DNA from: Octopus bimaculoides | Taxonomy: Eukaryota | Length of the DNA: 64,000 bases | Direction: 5' to 3' | Assembly (NCBI RefSeq): GCF_001194135.2 | Contig: NC_068992.1 | Coordinates: 65,941,672 to 66,005,671, forward strand | Position numbers and translations under genes: made by a program | In this document: one piece after another, positions 1 through 13,935 of the stretch | Position numbering within the stretch: the first letter of the stretch is position 1 | Layout of the letters: every line of letters starts with the position of its first letter | Notes under the pieces: model-generated | What the model saw: only the letters and a program-made list of their open reading frames with translations | Told to the model about the DNA's origin: nothing | Database searches by the model: none

Positions 1-492
1 ATATATATATATATATATATATATTGTATGTGTGCATATATAATGGCTGAATAGATTTATCCCTACATCCGAGTTTAGCCAGGCAGGGAGATAGCCATCT
101 CAGTGTCTGACTAAATGTAACAGGGTAGCTGACTTTATATGTGTGTATGCGTGTGTGTATATGTATATATATATGCGCGTGTGTATACACGCGCATATAT
201 ATGTGTGTATGTGTGTGTGTATGTATATATATGTCTATATATCAATATCTGTCTAAATATATATGTGTGTGTGTGTGTGCGTGTGTGTTAACAATATATA
301 TATATATATATTAATTACCAGCAGACATTCATGAATTTTGGGAAACTAATCTCGATGAGGACTAATTAGAAACTTTGTTAACGAGAGCACGTACATAAGG
401 GGAGATAAATTCCCTGAAGCGAACCTGTTCCTTTAATATAGTACATTATGTCAAACGACAAAGAATCCAGTGTTTGCTGATTAACATATAAA

Positions 493-563
<71 letters not shown>

Positions 564-1789
564 NNNNNNNNNNNNNNNNNNNNNNNNNNNNNNNNNNNNN
601 NNNNNNNNNNNNNNNNNNNNNNNNNNNNNNNNNNNNNNNNNNNNNNNNNNNNNNNNNNNNNNNNNNNNNNNNNNNNNNNNNNNNNNNNNNNNNNNNNNNN
701 NNNNNNNNNNNNNNNNNNNNNNNNNNNNNNNNNNNNNNNNNNNNNNNNNNNNNNNNNNNNNNNNNNNNNNNNNNNNNNNNNNNNNNNNNNNNNNNNNNNN
801 NNNNNNNNNNNNNNNNNNNNNNNNNNNNNNNNNNNNNNNNNNNNNNNNNNNNNNNNNNNNNNNNNNNNNNNNNNNNNNNNNNNNNNNNNNNNNNNNNNNN
901 NNNNNNNNNNNNNNNNNNNNNNNNNNNNNNNNNNNNNNNNNNNNNNNNNNNNNNNNNNNNNNNNNNNNNNNNNNNNNNNNNNNNNNNNNNNNNNNNNNNN
1001 NNNNNNNNNNNNNNNNNNNNNNNNNNNNNNNNNNNNNNNNNNNNNNNNNNNNNNNNNNNNNNNNNNNNNNNNNNNNNNNNNNNNNNNNNNNNNNNNNNNN
1101 NNNNNNNNNNNNNNNNNNNNNNNNNNNNNNNNNNNNNNNNNNNNNNNNNNNNNNNNNNNNNNNNNNNNNNNNNNNNNNNNNNNNNNNNNNNNNNNNNNNN
1201 NNNNNNNNNNNNNNNNNNNNNNNNNNNNNNNNNNNNNNNNNNNNNNNNNNNNNNNNNNNNNNNNNNNNNNNNNNNNNNNNNNNNNNNNNNNNNNNNNNNN
1301 NNNNNNNNNNNNNNNNNNNNNNNNNNNNNNNNNNNNNNNNNNNNNNNNNNNNNNNNNNNNNNNNNNNNNNNNNNNNNNNNNNNNNNNNNNNNNNNNNNNN
1401 NNNNNNNNNNNNNNNNNNNNNNNNNNNNNNNNNNNNNNNNNNNNNTATAATATATATACACAAATATATATGTATGTATGTATTATATATGTGTAAAGAA
1501 TAATAGACAGTGCGTGGTGGGGTGTTCAGATATCGTCACAATTACTCAACTTTCACGATAGTAGAAAACATAATTAAATAGTTGAAATATTCCGATCCAT
1601 CCAAGAAGATAATTCGAGCTAATTCTTGTATGTTCTATCTTCTGTAAAAGAAATCAATCGCTCCTGTCTCGGTGCTAAAAGGAATCTTACCGTTAATTGG
1701 TCGATAGTCAGATCGTCGGGAGGGTTCTGAATATTGCTACAGCTATCATAAAACGTTTGTTATATTTATAAGAATGAGTAGACTCTAGC

Positions 1790-1950
1790 TGGGTTTCGTT
1801 CCTTTTTATGTTCTGAATTCAAATCTCGCCGAAGTGGACTTAACCTTTCATCCTTCTTGGAATCGATAAAATCAATACCTTTTGAACACTGGGGGTCGAT
1901 GTGATCGACCTATATTCTCTCACAGTTCAAGGTTTGTGCCAATAGTAGGC
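1790..1950 (+). mobile_element. SINE family D, degenerate
   Basis: GAATTCAAATCTCGCCGAAGTGGACTTAACCTTTCATCCTTC...ATCGATAAAAT...GGGGGTCGATGTGATCGACC...TTGTGCCAATAGTAG. Confidence 0.7.
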
Positions 1951-2139
1951 ACATTACGAAATACGCGTGCATTTGTGTTCGTGCATATATGCTAGTGTGT
2001 GTGTGTGTGTGTGTGTATGTATATGTGTGTGTGTGTGTTATGGCTGCAGCACGATTTTTCTTAAACAAGAGTAGCTCAAATGTGGCTTTTCAGTCCTTAA
2101 AGGGCTCTACAGGCTCTTTCACTCTTTCTTCCTGTTTCT

Positions 2140-2280
2140 GTTGTACCTGTATTTCAAAGGGACCAGCCTTGTCACACTTTTTGTCACGCTGCATCTCCCC
2201 CGAGAACTACATTAAGGGTACACGTGTCTGTGGAGTACTCAGCCACTTGTGCGTTAATATCACGAGCAGGCTGTTCCGCT
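2140..2280 (+). mobile_element. SINE family B, 5'-truncated body
   Basis: GTTGTACCTGTATTTCAAAGGGACCAGCC...CCCGAGAACTAC...GTACACGTGTCTGTGGAGTACTCAGCC...CACGAGCAGGCTGTTCC aligns closely with 29320-29450 and 47750-47880. Confidence 0.8.
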
Positions 2281-3173
2281 GGCGATGGTGGGATGACAAA
2301 GTCGTGGTGGTGACAAATATTGACTTTTACAGTCAACTTAACATTTCTAAGAAATGAAAATAAAGCAAAATAGATTATTCATTCGTTTTCTATTTAATTA
2401 CACATCGCTTCCTCACATACTAAGACCGCATATACATACATCAGTGTATATGTACATATACATACATATATAGGTGCGTGTATATATGCATATATATGTA
2501 TTTATGTATTATATATATGTTTATATATGNNNNNNNNNNNNNNNNNNNNNNNNNNNNNNNNNNNNNNNNNNNNNNNNNNNNNNNNNNNNNNNNNNNNNNN
2601 NNNNNNNNNNNNNNNNNNNNNNNNNNNNNNNNNNNNNNNNNNNNNNNNNNNNNNNNNNNNNNNNNNNNNNNNNNNNNNNNNNNNNNNNNNNNNNNNNNNN
2701 NNNNNNNNNNNNNNNNNNNNNNNNNNNNNNNNNNNNNNNNNNNNNNNNNNNNNNNNNNNNNNNNNNNNNNNNNNNNNNNNNNNNNNNNNNNNNNNNNNNN
2801 NNNNNNNNNNNNNNNNNNNNNNNNNNNNNNNNNNNNNNNNNNNNNNNNNNNNNNNNNNNNNNNNNNNNNNNNNNNNNNNNNNNNNNNNNNNNNNNNNNNN
2901 NNNNNNNNNNNNNNNNNNNNNNNNNNNNNNNNNNNNNNNNNNNNNNNNNNNNNNNNNNNNNNNNNNNNNNNNNNNNNNNNNNNNNNNNNNNNNNNNNNNN
3001 NNNNNNNNNNNNNNNNNNNNNNNNNNNNNNNNNNNNNNNNNNNNNNNNNNNNNNNNNNNNNNNNNNNNNNNNNNNNNNNNNNNNNNNNNNNNNNNNNNNN
3101 NNNNNNNNNNNNNNNNNNNNNNNNNNNNNNNNNNNNNNNNNNNNNNNNNNNNNNNNNATATATATATGTGTGT

Positions 3174-3215
<42 letters not shown>

Positions 3216-3282
3216 GCGTGTATGTATGTATTCGGAAGCATATGTAGCCACTACGTGCATATATACATATAGATATTTTGTT

Positions 3283-3323
<41 letters not shown>

Positions 3324-3806
3324 TTGTATATATTTAAAACGTGTGTAAACGTCAGGTGTAATTCCACAGTTCTACACTAGTTGAGTATTATTTTAATGCT
3401 TTATTTTTATACAGGGATACGGTTAAATGATGCATATGATCGAATCACGCTTACATGTATGTATATGTGTGAGTATATATTTGTGCAAGATGTGTGTGTG
3501 TGTGTGTGTGTGAGAGTATGCAACCATGCGTTCGTGTACTTGTATGCGTGCGTGTTTATAAAATACATGCACGATTTAGTAAAAAAATTACTTGCAATAT
3601 CGCTGTGGCAAAAATACAGAATTCCAGAATAACATATATGCATGCATGTGTGTGTACACACACACACACAGACACACACACACACACACAGACAATCGAT
3701 AAAACAGTCCATGTTAGACATTATTTACTGAACACAAACTGATATAAAAAATCTAAACATTATAAATGTCTAAATATTATAAATCACATGTACAGAAAAT
3801 CACTAG

Positions 3807-3879
<73 letters not shown>

Positions 3880-4236
3880 TATATGAGAATGTGTGTTCGC
3901 CTGTATGTGAATTAGTTCTAAACTACTTTTGTATATATTTATCTGTGTTCATTTTCATATAAATACATAAGTATGTATGGATGCATGTGTGTATTATACG
4001 AACGTCTGCGTTTTTTTCTGTTGATGTTTTTTAGAAGGTTTCATTCAATTGTGCACATATTTACTTTGTTAATGTTATATTTGGCCTGCAAAATGCAATA
4101 TATATATATACACTACACAAAAAAAAAACGCAAGGCAGACATATGCATATATGTATGTATAGATATATACATACCTACATATATAATATATATTTGTGCG
4201 CGTGTGTGTGTGTATGTGTGGGTGTGCGTGTGTGTA

Positions 4237-4268
<32 letters not shown>

Positions 4269-4378
4269 GAGAGGGAGAGAGAGAGAGGGAGAGAGAGAGA
4301 GAGAGACCGACAAACGGACAGATATGCATGCATACACAAACATGAATTTAAATGTTTGTAAATGTCTGTATATATACA

Positions 4379-4423
<45 letters not shown>

Positions 4424-4969
4424 GAAAATGCAGACAGAGAGTGGGAGAGAAATATGTATGTGTGTGAATTTGCATGTGTGTGTGTGTGTCTGTCTGTTTG
4501 TCTGTGTGTGTGTGTCATCTAAAATGGAACAAAAGAAAAAATACTTATCTTTTCGATCAAAGTTATAAAAGCTGACATATGTTTGGTAATAAAAATGATT
4601 TATTTTGGAAAATATTCTTAACTTCTTTTGAACCATTCCTAAACTAAATCGGTTTCCATAGATCAACTTAGTTACAGAGTAGGCAAAGTAGCAATAACAA
4701 CAACAATAATAAAACGCAAACAAATATTTAAAATACAATTTAGGAAAAAAATAGAAATTCTTCGTAATGTGTTTAGCGTTCTTTTGCTATTTTTTTTTAA
4801 TGTTATTATTTTCTCATTATTTTTGCTTTGTACCATTATTAATTTGGTCCTTTATGTCCGGAAGGGAGTTGGCAACACCACATGCATATATACATGTGTG
4901 TGCGCGCGCATTGTGTGTGTACGTGTGTATGCATGTGTGTGGTTGGGTGAGAGGATATATATATATATA

Positions 4970-5071
<102 letters not shown>

Positions 5072-5108
5072 CTATATAAACATATATATGCATAACGAAA
5101 TGTTTAGT

Positions 5109-5156
<48 letters not shown>

Positions 5157-5229
5157 CACACACACAAATGCATATACATATATACGTAAATGTAAACATA
5201 TATATGTATATATATTTATATATATGCGT

Positions 5230-5372
<143 letters not shown>

Positions 5373-6614
5373 TAAACGTGCTAAATAAACGTGTTTATAC
5401 AGGGAAGAATCCAAACTCAATAGCGCAGAAACAGAAAAATACACCTCCAGAAGAAACACCCTAATTAACAAATTATTAATTATGAACACTATGCTATTTA
5501 CAAAGAATCTAAATGAACAATACCCTAGAGATTCTAACAATGTTTTTACCAAAACCAATCAAATAAACATCCTGAAAACCACAAAAGACCTGTTATTACA
5601 AACAAAACAGCCTACAGATCTTTAGAAGAGCTACACAAAATGTTGAGATTTTTATGAATGAAACAGAAGTTCAAACAACGTGCGAAGTTTGTCCAAACAT
5701 TCAGAGAAAAATATTCACTTTTCTTCGCGACTACCTCCTGCTGCATATCTAACCAATATTTGTCTATAATTTTTTGGAATGTCCAAGGAATATATCAGGT
5801 TAAAACAAAATGCAATGTACCGCTTTTTAAAAGTGCAGTATGAATTGTATTGCGTTGTTTTTTATTTGTTATTTTAGTTTTATTTATATGTTTATTAATT
5901 CTTTTTTTTTTCATGCCGATTCAGAATCCTTCAATCAAAATCGGTTTTTCAAAGTTACGTAGTTCAGCGAATCACTTTGTTAAGAATTTGCTCTGTCATT
6001 ACTGAGTAGAAAGATTTGTAGATCTTTCTGCATATAAATTGTGAAGCAAAGAACACACACATACATGTATATATACATATATACACACATATTGGTACAG
6101 GGTTGTTTATGGATAATGTGGGGAAGACTGGTTTGGAGCTTCATCAAAATCATGGGATGCTATAAATAGATTCATTGAATAACCTGAGATTATTATCGAG
6201 TATTTTAATAAACATCTACATTGCAGTATTCTTAATTAATATACATAAAACTTAATGAAAACATCAAAAGATGGACAAAAGGTCGCTTTTCTCAACCTGA
6301 TGGACCCCTCTGTGACATCCATCCACCCCGGGTATAAATTCTGGATACAACCTCACCATATATTTAGTTCCTACATCCCATCCCAGTGATTACTGTAGAT
6401 TATTTATAATCTCTGCTATAGATTAACTATGCTCTCTAGAATAGCGGTCTTTTTTTTTTTAATTTATCTTGCCTCATTCAATAGTACGTACTGAATGACA
6501 ATGCTTAAAAATAAAGATTCTATTTCTTTGTGTAGCAAGAAATATTCCATTTATTGCTAAATGTTAGTTTTGCTCTTATTCACAAAATATTGAGCCTGTC
6601 ATAAGTGTCAGATA

Positions 6615-7045
6615 AAAGCAGGCTACGACGATTCATATGTTGAATATGTATTTATATCTATAATAATCAAAGAAGAAGAAAACTTCAATGTGTTGTTTGT
6701 GGCACAGATTTGTCAAATGATTCTATGAAACCCACGAAGTTAAAGAAACAGTTTCAGAATGTTCATTCTCAACAGAAGAACTAGGACAAAAGCTATTTGA
6801 AAGTCACGAGCTTGATCTCAAAAAGGAGATAGAAGCATTCTAAGAAATTAGCCAAAAGATTGAAACTTCGCATATCGTGGCATTGGAGATAGAAAAGTAG
6901 AGAAAACTGCATACAACAGGCAAAAGTTGAATCAAAATTCCTGCTTTCAAAGTGATGGAAATTTTATTGGGAAATGGATTAGAGACAAAACAAAAACTAA
7001 ACTTGCAGTAGTTTCATTGTCGAACATGGAGTAAAGAAGGATCGG
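6615..7045 (+). mobile_element. hAT (Buster/Charlie, ZBED5/SCAND3-like) transposase N-terminal remnant, frameshifted
   Basis: Fragments YDDSYVEYVFI, QCVVCGTDLSNDSMKPTKLKKQFQNVHS, SHIVALEI...HTTG and LAVVSLSN match the zf-BED N-terminus of Buster-family transposases; multiple stops and indels. Confidence 0.75.
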
Positions 7046-7849
7046 TGCCAAATCCTTCGACTTCAGGGATCGAATTATAACAAAAGATTAAACCTGAAAC
7101 TTTTGGGTTATTTTCAATCATTTTCATGAATCGACTGATGTATTACCGTATTCACAGTTCCTCGTGTTTGTTCAATCAAGTTCATTTGATTGATGTGTTC
7201 TTCTATTGGAGGAAGTACCAAAGCCTCACATATTTTGGAGAAGATTTCATTTCTCATAGAATCATACACTCCTTTGTGTAATAAGGTCTGTTGATGCCAT
7301 ATAAGGAGAGCAACAATTTTTTCGGAAAGGAAATCAAGATTTCATGTTTGTATGAAATCTGCGAGTTCCAGAACTGAAAGATATTCCGGTTTATCCACTG
7401 ATCTCCCAAACACTTCTAGTTGTTCCATTAACCCTTTAGGGTACTCTGTCGCCCTCTACTCACTACTCTTTGTTAAGTTAGCTCTGATTAAAAACAATTT
7501 ACCTATTGTTTATTTCGTTTTATCTTCTATACATTTAAATAACACAAAAATGCGTTATAGGTAATTCACGATAACTTTTTCTCTTTCTTTTTAGTTTGTA
7601 TATAAATATACTTAAAGTCTTCTCTCCTTTCGCCAAAAATTTTCTCCTTGTTTCCTTGGTTTGATACCAATTTTAGCTACTTTCGATATTTTTATTGAAC
7701 TTTGATATCTATCAACATTTCCTAATATTTATATGCATATTATCTTATATTGATTACACTTCCACTAATTGATACGAATTTCTCTTATTGATTTTGTTAC
7801 ACAATTTCTAAATTGATATTTTGAAAGTAATCTTTGAATACATGAGCAT

Positions 7850-7882
<33 letters not shown>

Positions 7883-8429
7883 TGTTACGTGTATGTGTAC
7901 GTCTATACGTATGTCAATGTAGTGTGGTTTAAGTTAAGCACTGCGTAAAATATAAATTTACAGTTGTTCAAACGACGATACAATGGAAAATTGAAATAAA
8001 GAAGTGACAATAGACAGAAGAAGCAGAGAATAATGCTTTATACTAAACTCTCTTACATTATGCGCTAATCTCTGTAATCTGTTTTATTACATAGCAAAGA
8101 TACCTTACATTTTATATTGCTCTTGTCTTCTTTCTGATGTCATTCCCATATTTCAATTTGGATCGTAATAGCTTTCGAACAATATAAACTTATATAATTG
8201 AGATATATANNNNNNNNNNNNNNNNNNNNNNNNNNNNNNNNNNNNNNNNNNNNNNNNNNNNNNNNNNNNNNNNNNNNNNNNNNNNNNNNNNNNNNNNNNN
8301 NNNNNNNNNNNNNNNNNNNNNNNNNNNNNNNNNNNNNNNNNNNNNNNNNNNNNNNNNNNNNNNNNNNNNNNNNNNNNNNNNNNNNNNNNNNNNNNNNNTA
8401 TATATGTATATATGTATATATATATACAT

Positions 8430-8530
<101 letters not shown>

Positions 8531-8632
8531 CGTGGGTGTAGGTGTTAGTGCAGTAGTGTTGTACACTCAAACACACACACACAGAACTACACACACATAC
8601 ATAGGCACAATGATAATCATGTCAATGGTTAT

Positions 8633-8810
8633 GAAGAAGAAGAAGAAGAAGAAGAAGAAGAAGAAGAAGAAGAAGAAGAAGAAGAAGAAGAAGAAGAAGA
8701 AGAAGAAGAAGAAGAAGAAGAAGAAGAAGAAGAAGAAGAAGGACGACGACGATGATGGTGGTGATGATGATGATGATCATCATCATCATCATCACCATCA
8801 TCATCATCAT
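8633..8810 (+). repeat. (GAA)36 followed by GAC/GAT/CAT compound trinucleotide tract
   Basis: Perfect GAA run 8633-8740 read directly from the sequence. Confidence 0.95.
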
Positions 8811-9192
8811 GATTGCAATTGTCGATATTAAGTGAACACAAACAGTGTGCACAGGTTATCTGCATCCTTTGTTAAGTTTACCTCATCTCGTTTATGAAAT
8901 ATAATTTACTCTCCGTCTCTACTTCACTCTCTCTTTTCTCTCTTTCTTTCTTTCTTTCATTACTTTTCTATCTTTCTATTTATCCGTCTTTGCAGTGACT
9001 CCCTTTCGCCCCTCACCCCCACCATCCTCTCACCCACCCACCCGCCTCCTTTAACGGAGGTGCATTTAATGTCTGATTGATCGGAGCAAACAATGAAACA
9101 CTCGCAGAATGAAGAGAGAAGAAAAAGAGACATTAATAATAGCTGCCTATGTCTGTCTGTTTGTCTCTCTCTGTGACAAAGAGAGGCAAACA

Positions 9193-9225
<33 letters not shown>

Positions 9226-9517
9226 TCGCTATCATTCTCAGTATTAATCTATCTTCACCATACACACACACACGTGTGTGTGTATCATATTTGTTTCTCA
9301 GCGCCTGTCTCTTTGCCTCCCTGTCGCACTCTTTAAAGAACTAAAAACCAATAAGCCATTGACATTGCACATCCGACTTGATTAATTCCAGGTAGTTGAA
9401 GATCGCATCGAATTTTTTCCTCGCAGTTAAACAGGTGCGAAACCTACCATTGACAAAACGCAGAATGGTACAATAACCGTACACGAATGTAGACGCAAAC
9501 GCACACACACAAACACA

Positions 9518-9565
<48 letters not shown>

Positions 9566-12176
9566 NNNNNNNNNNNNNNNNNNNNNNNNNNNNNNNNNNN
9601 NNNNNNNNNNNNNNNNNNNNNNNNNNNNNNNNNNNNNNNNNNNNNNNNNNNNNNNNNNNNNNNNNNNNNNNNNNNNNNNNNNNNNNNNNNNNNNNNNNNN
9701 NNNNNNNNNNNNNNNNNNNNNNNNNNNNNNNNNNNNNNNNNNNNNNNNNNNNNNNNNNNNNNNNNNNNNNNNNNNNNNNNNNNNNNNNNNNNNNNNNNNN
9801 NNNNNNNNNNNNNNNNNNNNNNNNNNNNNNNNNNNNNNNNNNNNNNNNNNNNNNNNNNNNNNNNNNNNNNNNNNNNNNNNNNNNNNNNNNNNNNNNNNNN
9901 NNNNNNNNNNNNNNNNNNNNNNNNNNNNNNNNNNNNNNNNNNNNNNNNNNNNNNNNNNNNNNNNNNNNNNNNNNNNNNNNNNNNNNNNNNNNNNNNNNNN
10001 NNNNNNNNNNNNNNNNNNNNNNNNNTATATATATATATATATATGAGTGAATATATATATGTGTATGTATATATATCTATATATGTATATGTATGCATAT
10101 ATATATATGTATGCATGCATAGATATGTATATATAAATTTGTATATATAGGTAAATATATACAAGTGTAAATATATGTATGTAGGTCATAATGGCGATAA
10201 ACTCCCTTAAGCTTGGTATAAATATGCTTACACAGCACAAAAAAAAAAATTCAGAAACAATATGAGCGAAATGCGTAATTTCTTAACTCGCTATCTGTTT
10301 CAGGAAACGCAAAATTACGTAATAATCAATAACAATCAAAAATTGTTGATGAAATGTACAAAAAGTGATTGGTACGTTACCAATCACATGAAGTCACATG
10401 AAGTTATTACACTATGCCTGGCTTCCCCCATCATGAGAATATTGGCAAATGCGGTTAATATAGTAGCAGAAATAAAAATATATATTTAAAGAGGGAGATG
10501 TCAGGGATCAGAAGAAGAGGAGGAAGGGCAACTTTTAGAACTTAAGACGAAAGGAAGAAAGATAGAAAAGAAGAAACAAAGAGAACAAGAGAGAAGGTGA
10601 GAAGAAAAAGTTAAAATCAGTCTAACGAAAGCAAACGTCACGGATGTTCAAGTTTATATTCATCAGGCAATAAATCAGTTAGAAATGTCAACTGACCAGA
10701 AAAAGAAGCAGGATGAGGTAAAGGAGTAGGGATGGGGTAGGGATGGGAAGAAAGAGACTATGTTACAAGAGAAGGACTTACATATTTGGGTAAAAAATAA
10801 AGAGCTTCAGCCACAATTAGATGTTATAAAGACTTTACATAATGAGCAAATATGGAATAAAACTTATGTTTACACAAGAAGATTAAGTAAGAAAACCTAT
10901 TGGGTTATGAAGTATTATAATAGCATAAAATAGCGAGCGATTCCCTACAACATAAATTACACACGTGATTGTATTGGGTACATTCACACACTATGAACCA
11001 GAAGGAGGTACATAACATAGCCAGAGGCAGGATGAGAGTGGCTGTAACTTTTTAAGGTCTCAAAGACTAGTGAAGGAAAGAAAAGAGTAGATTATTGTTA
11101 GAGCGGGACCTGACCCAAATACATGCATCAGACGTACCTTTTCCAAAGTCACAATAAAGACCCATAGGAGTGTTAAACAGATTATATGTATGGTTCCAAA
11201 TCAAGGACGGTGTTTCTGGGGGTTTCCTTACATTTTAAGGACAATGCTGACTTTAATTGAAAAACAAAATTCCAAAAATAGCGCGCATCAGTATTGAACA
11301 CGAATTTAAGTATTTACGAAATGTACGAAATAACTACCCCATCACATCTGCGCCTGAACAGTCTCAGAGATCAACTCATAAAAATGTTTGGAAAATTAAA
11401 TCAAAATTAAATTCCAAAATTCTTTTTAACAAAATCTATATTTTTTAGTGAATGATGAATAGGAACTAGACTCGACATATTGGTAAAATTTGCTGATAGA
11501 ATACTTATAACATTAATTAACCTAAAAAATAATTATGCTGGAAGCATGGATTATTAAGTTTTAGTTAAAAATAAAAATAAAAATATTTATTTATTTCAAA
11601 TCTGAGTTGAGTAAATGGTTTGATTTTAACAAACAAAAAACTAATTTTTTAGTATAATTTAATTCGATTGCAGGTGTTTCATTTTTGATTGGTCGAATAC
11701 ACATACACGCACACACGTCTACACGCACACACGTCTACACGCACATACACACACACACACGCACAAACAAACAAACAAACAAACACACTCGTATGTATAG
11801 TTTTACATATACATACATATATGCTTACATGTATGGATATATATATATATATGCATAGATACAAACTACAAGCATACTCCATTCATATATAAATACGTAG
11901 ACACGTAAATATATGACGTAATACGCACAAATACATTCAAATGTATTTGTGCGTAGGCGTAAATGTATGATTAAATGTTTCAGGATTGAATATATACCCG
12001 TAGGCAAATATGTTTTTTTTAATTAAACAGCTCAAATATATACATAAATTTGTATATATACTTACAAGTAATCATATACATGTGCGCGTATGTATATGTG
12101 TGTGCATATATGTGTACGTGTGTGTGGCGGTGTGTATTTGTGAAAATACATGTAATCTTATGGACACAGGTGTATT

Positions 12177-12214
<38 letters not shown>

Positions 12215-12324
12215 TCTTTATGTATTTTGTTATACAGGCACACTTCTTTTCCTTCTTTTTTCTTCTTTTCCTTCTTCTTCTTCTTGTCCTCCTGATTGCT
12301 CATCTTCTTACTGCTGCTGCTACT

Positions 12325-12500
12325 AAGTCCTGCTCTGCTCTAATCGAGAAAACCTATGATTAAATGCATTCCAGTTGTGACCATCCCATCTTCATTTAGA
12401 CATAGAGCACCCAGAATCACAATATCCACAGTCTATCTTCCCTAAGTCAATAAGATATGATCTGAGGAATTATTTGACTATTATTTCTAACATATCAGCC
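12325..12500 (+). repeat. Unclassified dispersed repeat family C
   Basis: CTAATCGAGAAAACCTATGATTAAATGCATTCCAGTTGTGACCATCCCATC recurs, degenerate, at 13165-13440, 13740-13935 (+) and 14805-14915, 19785-19935, 57545-57625 (-). Confidence 0.6.
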
Positions 12501-12993
12501 GCTCATCTTGATTATATTACATTATAGCTGTTTCAGAATCAAAACTCTGACAAATGGCGATATATTTGGCCCTTTATTTGAACTGCTGCTTATAAATTTA
12601 TGAAGTGTTCTTTGTTATTAATTCCTACTTGGCATCAGTCTACAGAGACAGTGAAATAATCTCTTGAATAATTAATCTGCTTCCAGAGATTACAATAATA
12701 GCCGTCAACCTTCAGTGTCGTTAATACAGAGATTGGGAGTGAATAACCGCTTCTAAAGGTGTTTCAATGAAGGGGTTTCTATAGGATGCGATCATCAGTT
12801 GAAAAGCGGCCAACAAGCTCTGCTAATGCACTCCAAACACAAACGTATCTATAAAAGAGGGGCAGTCAATTGAGAGATGAGTCACACATGAAGACATCTA
12901 TATACGGTAAATTCATATGTACATACAGACATAAATATATACATATATAGAAACATATATGTACGTGTGTGTGTGTGTGTGTATGCGTGCGTG

Positions 12994-13029
<36 letters not shown>

Positions 13030-13180
13030 AGTGTATGCTTATTACAGAATCATACAAACACGCATACATATACTATGCGTGTGTTTGTGTGTGTGAATGT
13101 TTATGTCTTTGTGTGTGTGTTTCTGTGTGTCTGTGGGGGAAATGTAAGGTCATCCTTTATTAAGTATTGCTATGATTAAA

Positions 13181-13411
13181 TATTGGGTTGTCCGGGAAGT
13201 TCGTGCCGATTTTTAAAGGAAAGAAAAAGGTCAATAAATACTTGCCATTACATTTTAATCAACGAAATATGAACCATTTTCTTGCACAATGCGTCTCCAT
13301 CTTTCCTTTAACATGAAAATACCCTCTTCGAAGAATTGAGGTGGTTTCATGGCAAATAAGTCGAAAGATAAGCTACTATAAATCGGAACGAACTTTCCGG
13401 ACAACCCAATA
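13181..13411 (-). mobile_element. Mariner internal-deletion MITE with TA target duplications
   Basis: TIRs TATTGGGTTGTCCGGGAAGTTCGTGCCGATTT / AAATCGGAACGAACTTTCCGGACAACCCAATA (2 mismatches over 32 nt). The minus strand encodes a mariner C-terminus DLFAMKPPQFFEEGIFMLKERWRRIVQENGSY. Confidence 0.9.
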
Positions 13412-13739
13412 CATTCCAGTCGTGACCATCCCATCTGTCTCTGCAGTCACACCACTTTTTTCTCTCTTTGTCTCTTTCTTCTTCATTTTCATTCAAAGGT
13501 CAAAGGGCCCAGGGGCGTTAAAGCATTCCTCACAAAACCTAAATTCTTCGATAAAGTTGAAATATTAAAACCGAAATCAGATCATCGCCGTTTCATTGGA
13601 TAATGCATCGAACCCTATCAGATTAGCTCTGATTAAAAGCTCAAATATTGCATAGTTAGTTGTTGGTGTTGTTGGTGTTGTCGCCGTCGTCGTCGTTGTT
13701 GTTGTTGTTATTGTTGCTGCTGCTGTTGTGTTTCTGATT

Positions 13740-13935
13740 CTTTAGTCTCAGGCCAGTCTTGATCGAGAATAACTATGACTAAATTTATTCCAATCATGAC
13801 CATCGCATCTGTTTTTCTTTCAAACCTACTCCATTTCGATCGAAATTATTTAATGTATCCTTCTTATTTTATCCAGACAGTGAGAAGTGAAGTGAAATAA
13901 ATTCGGTTACGTCTATTTCTAGCAGGTCCAGTGAT
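13740..13935 (+). repeat. Dispersed repeat family C copy
   Basis: CTTGATCGAGAATAACTATGACTAAATTTATTCCAATCATGACCATCGCATC...CTATTTCTAGCAGGTCC. Confidence 0.55.
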
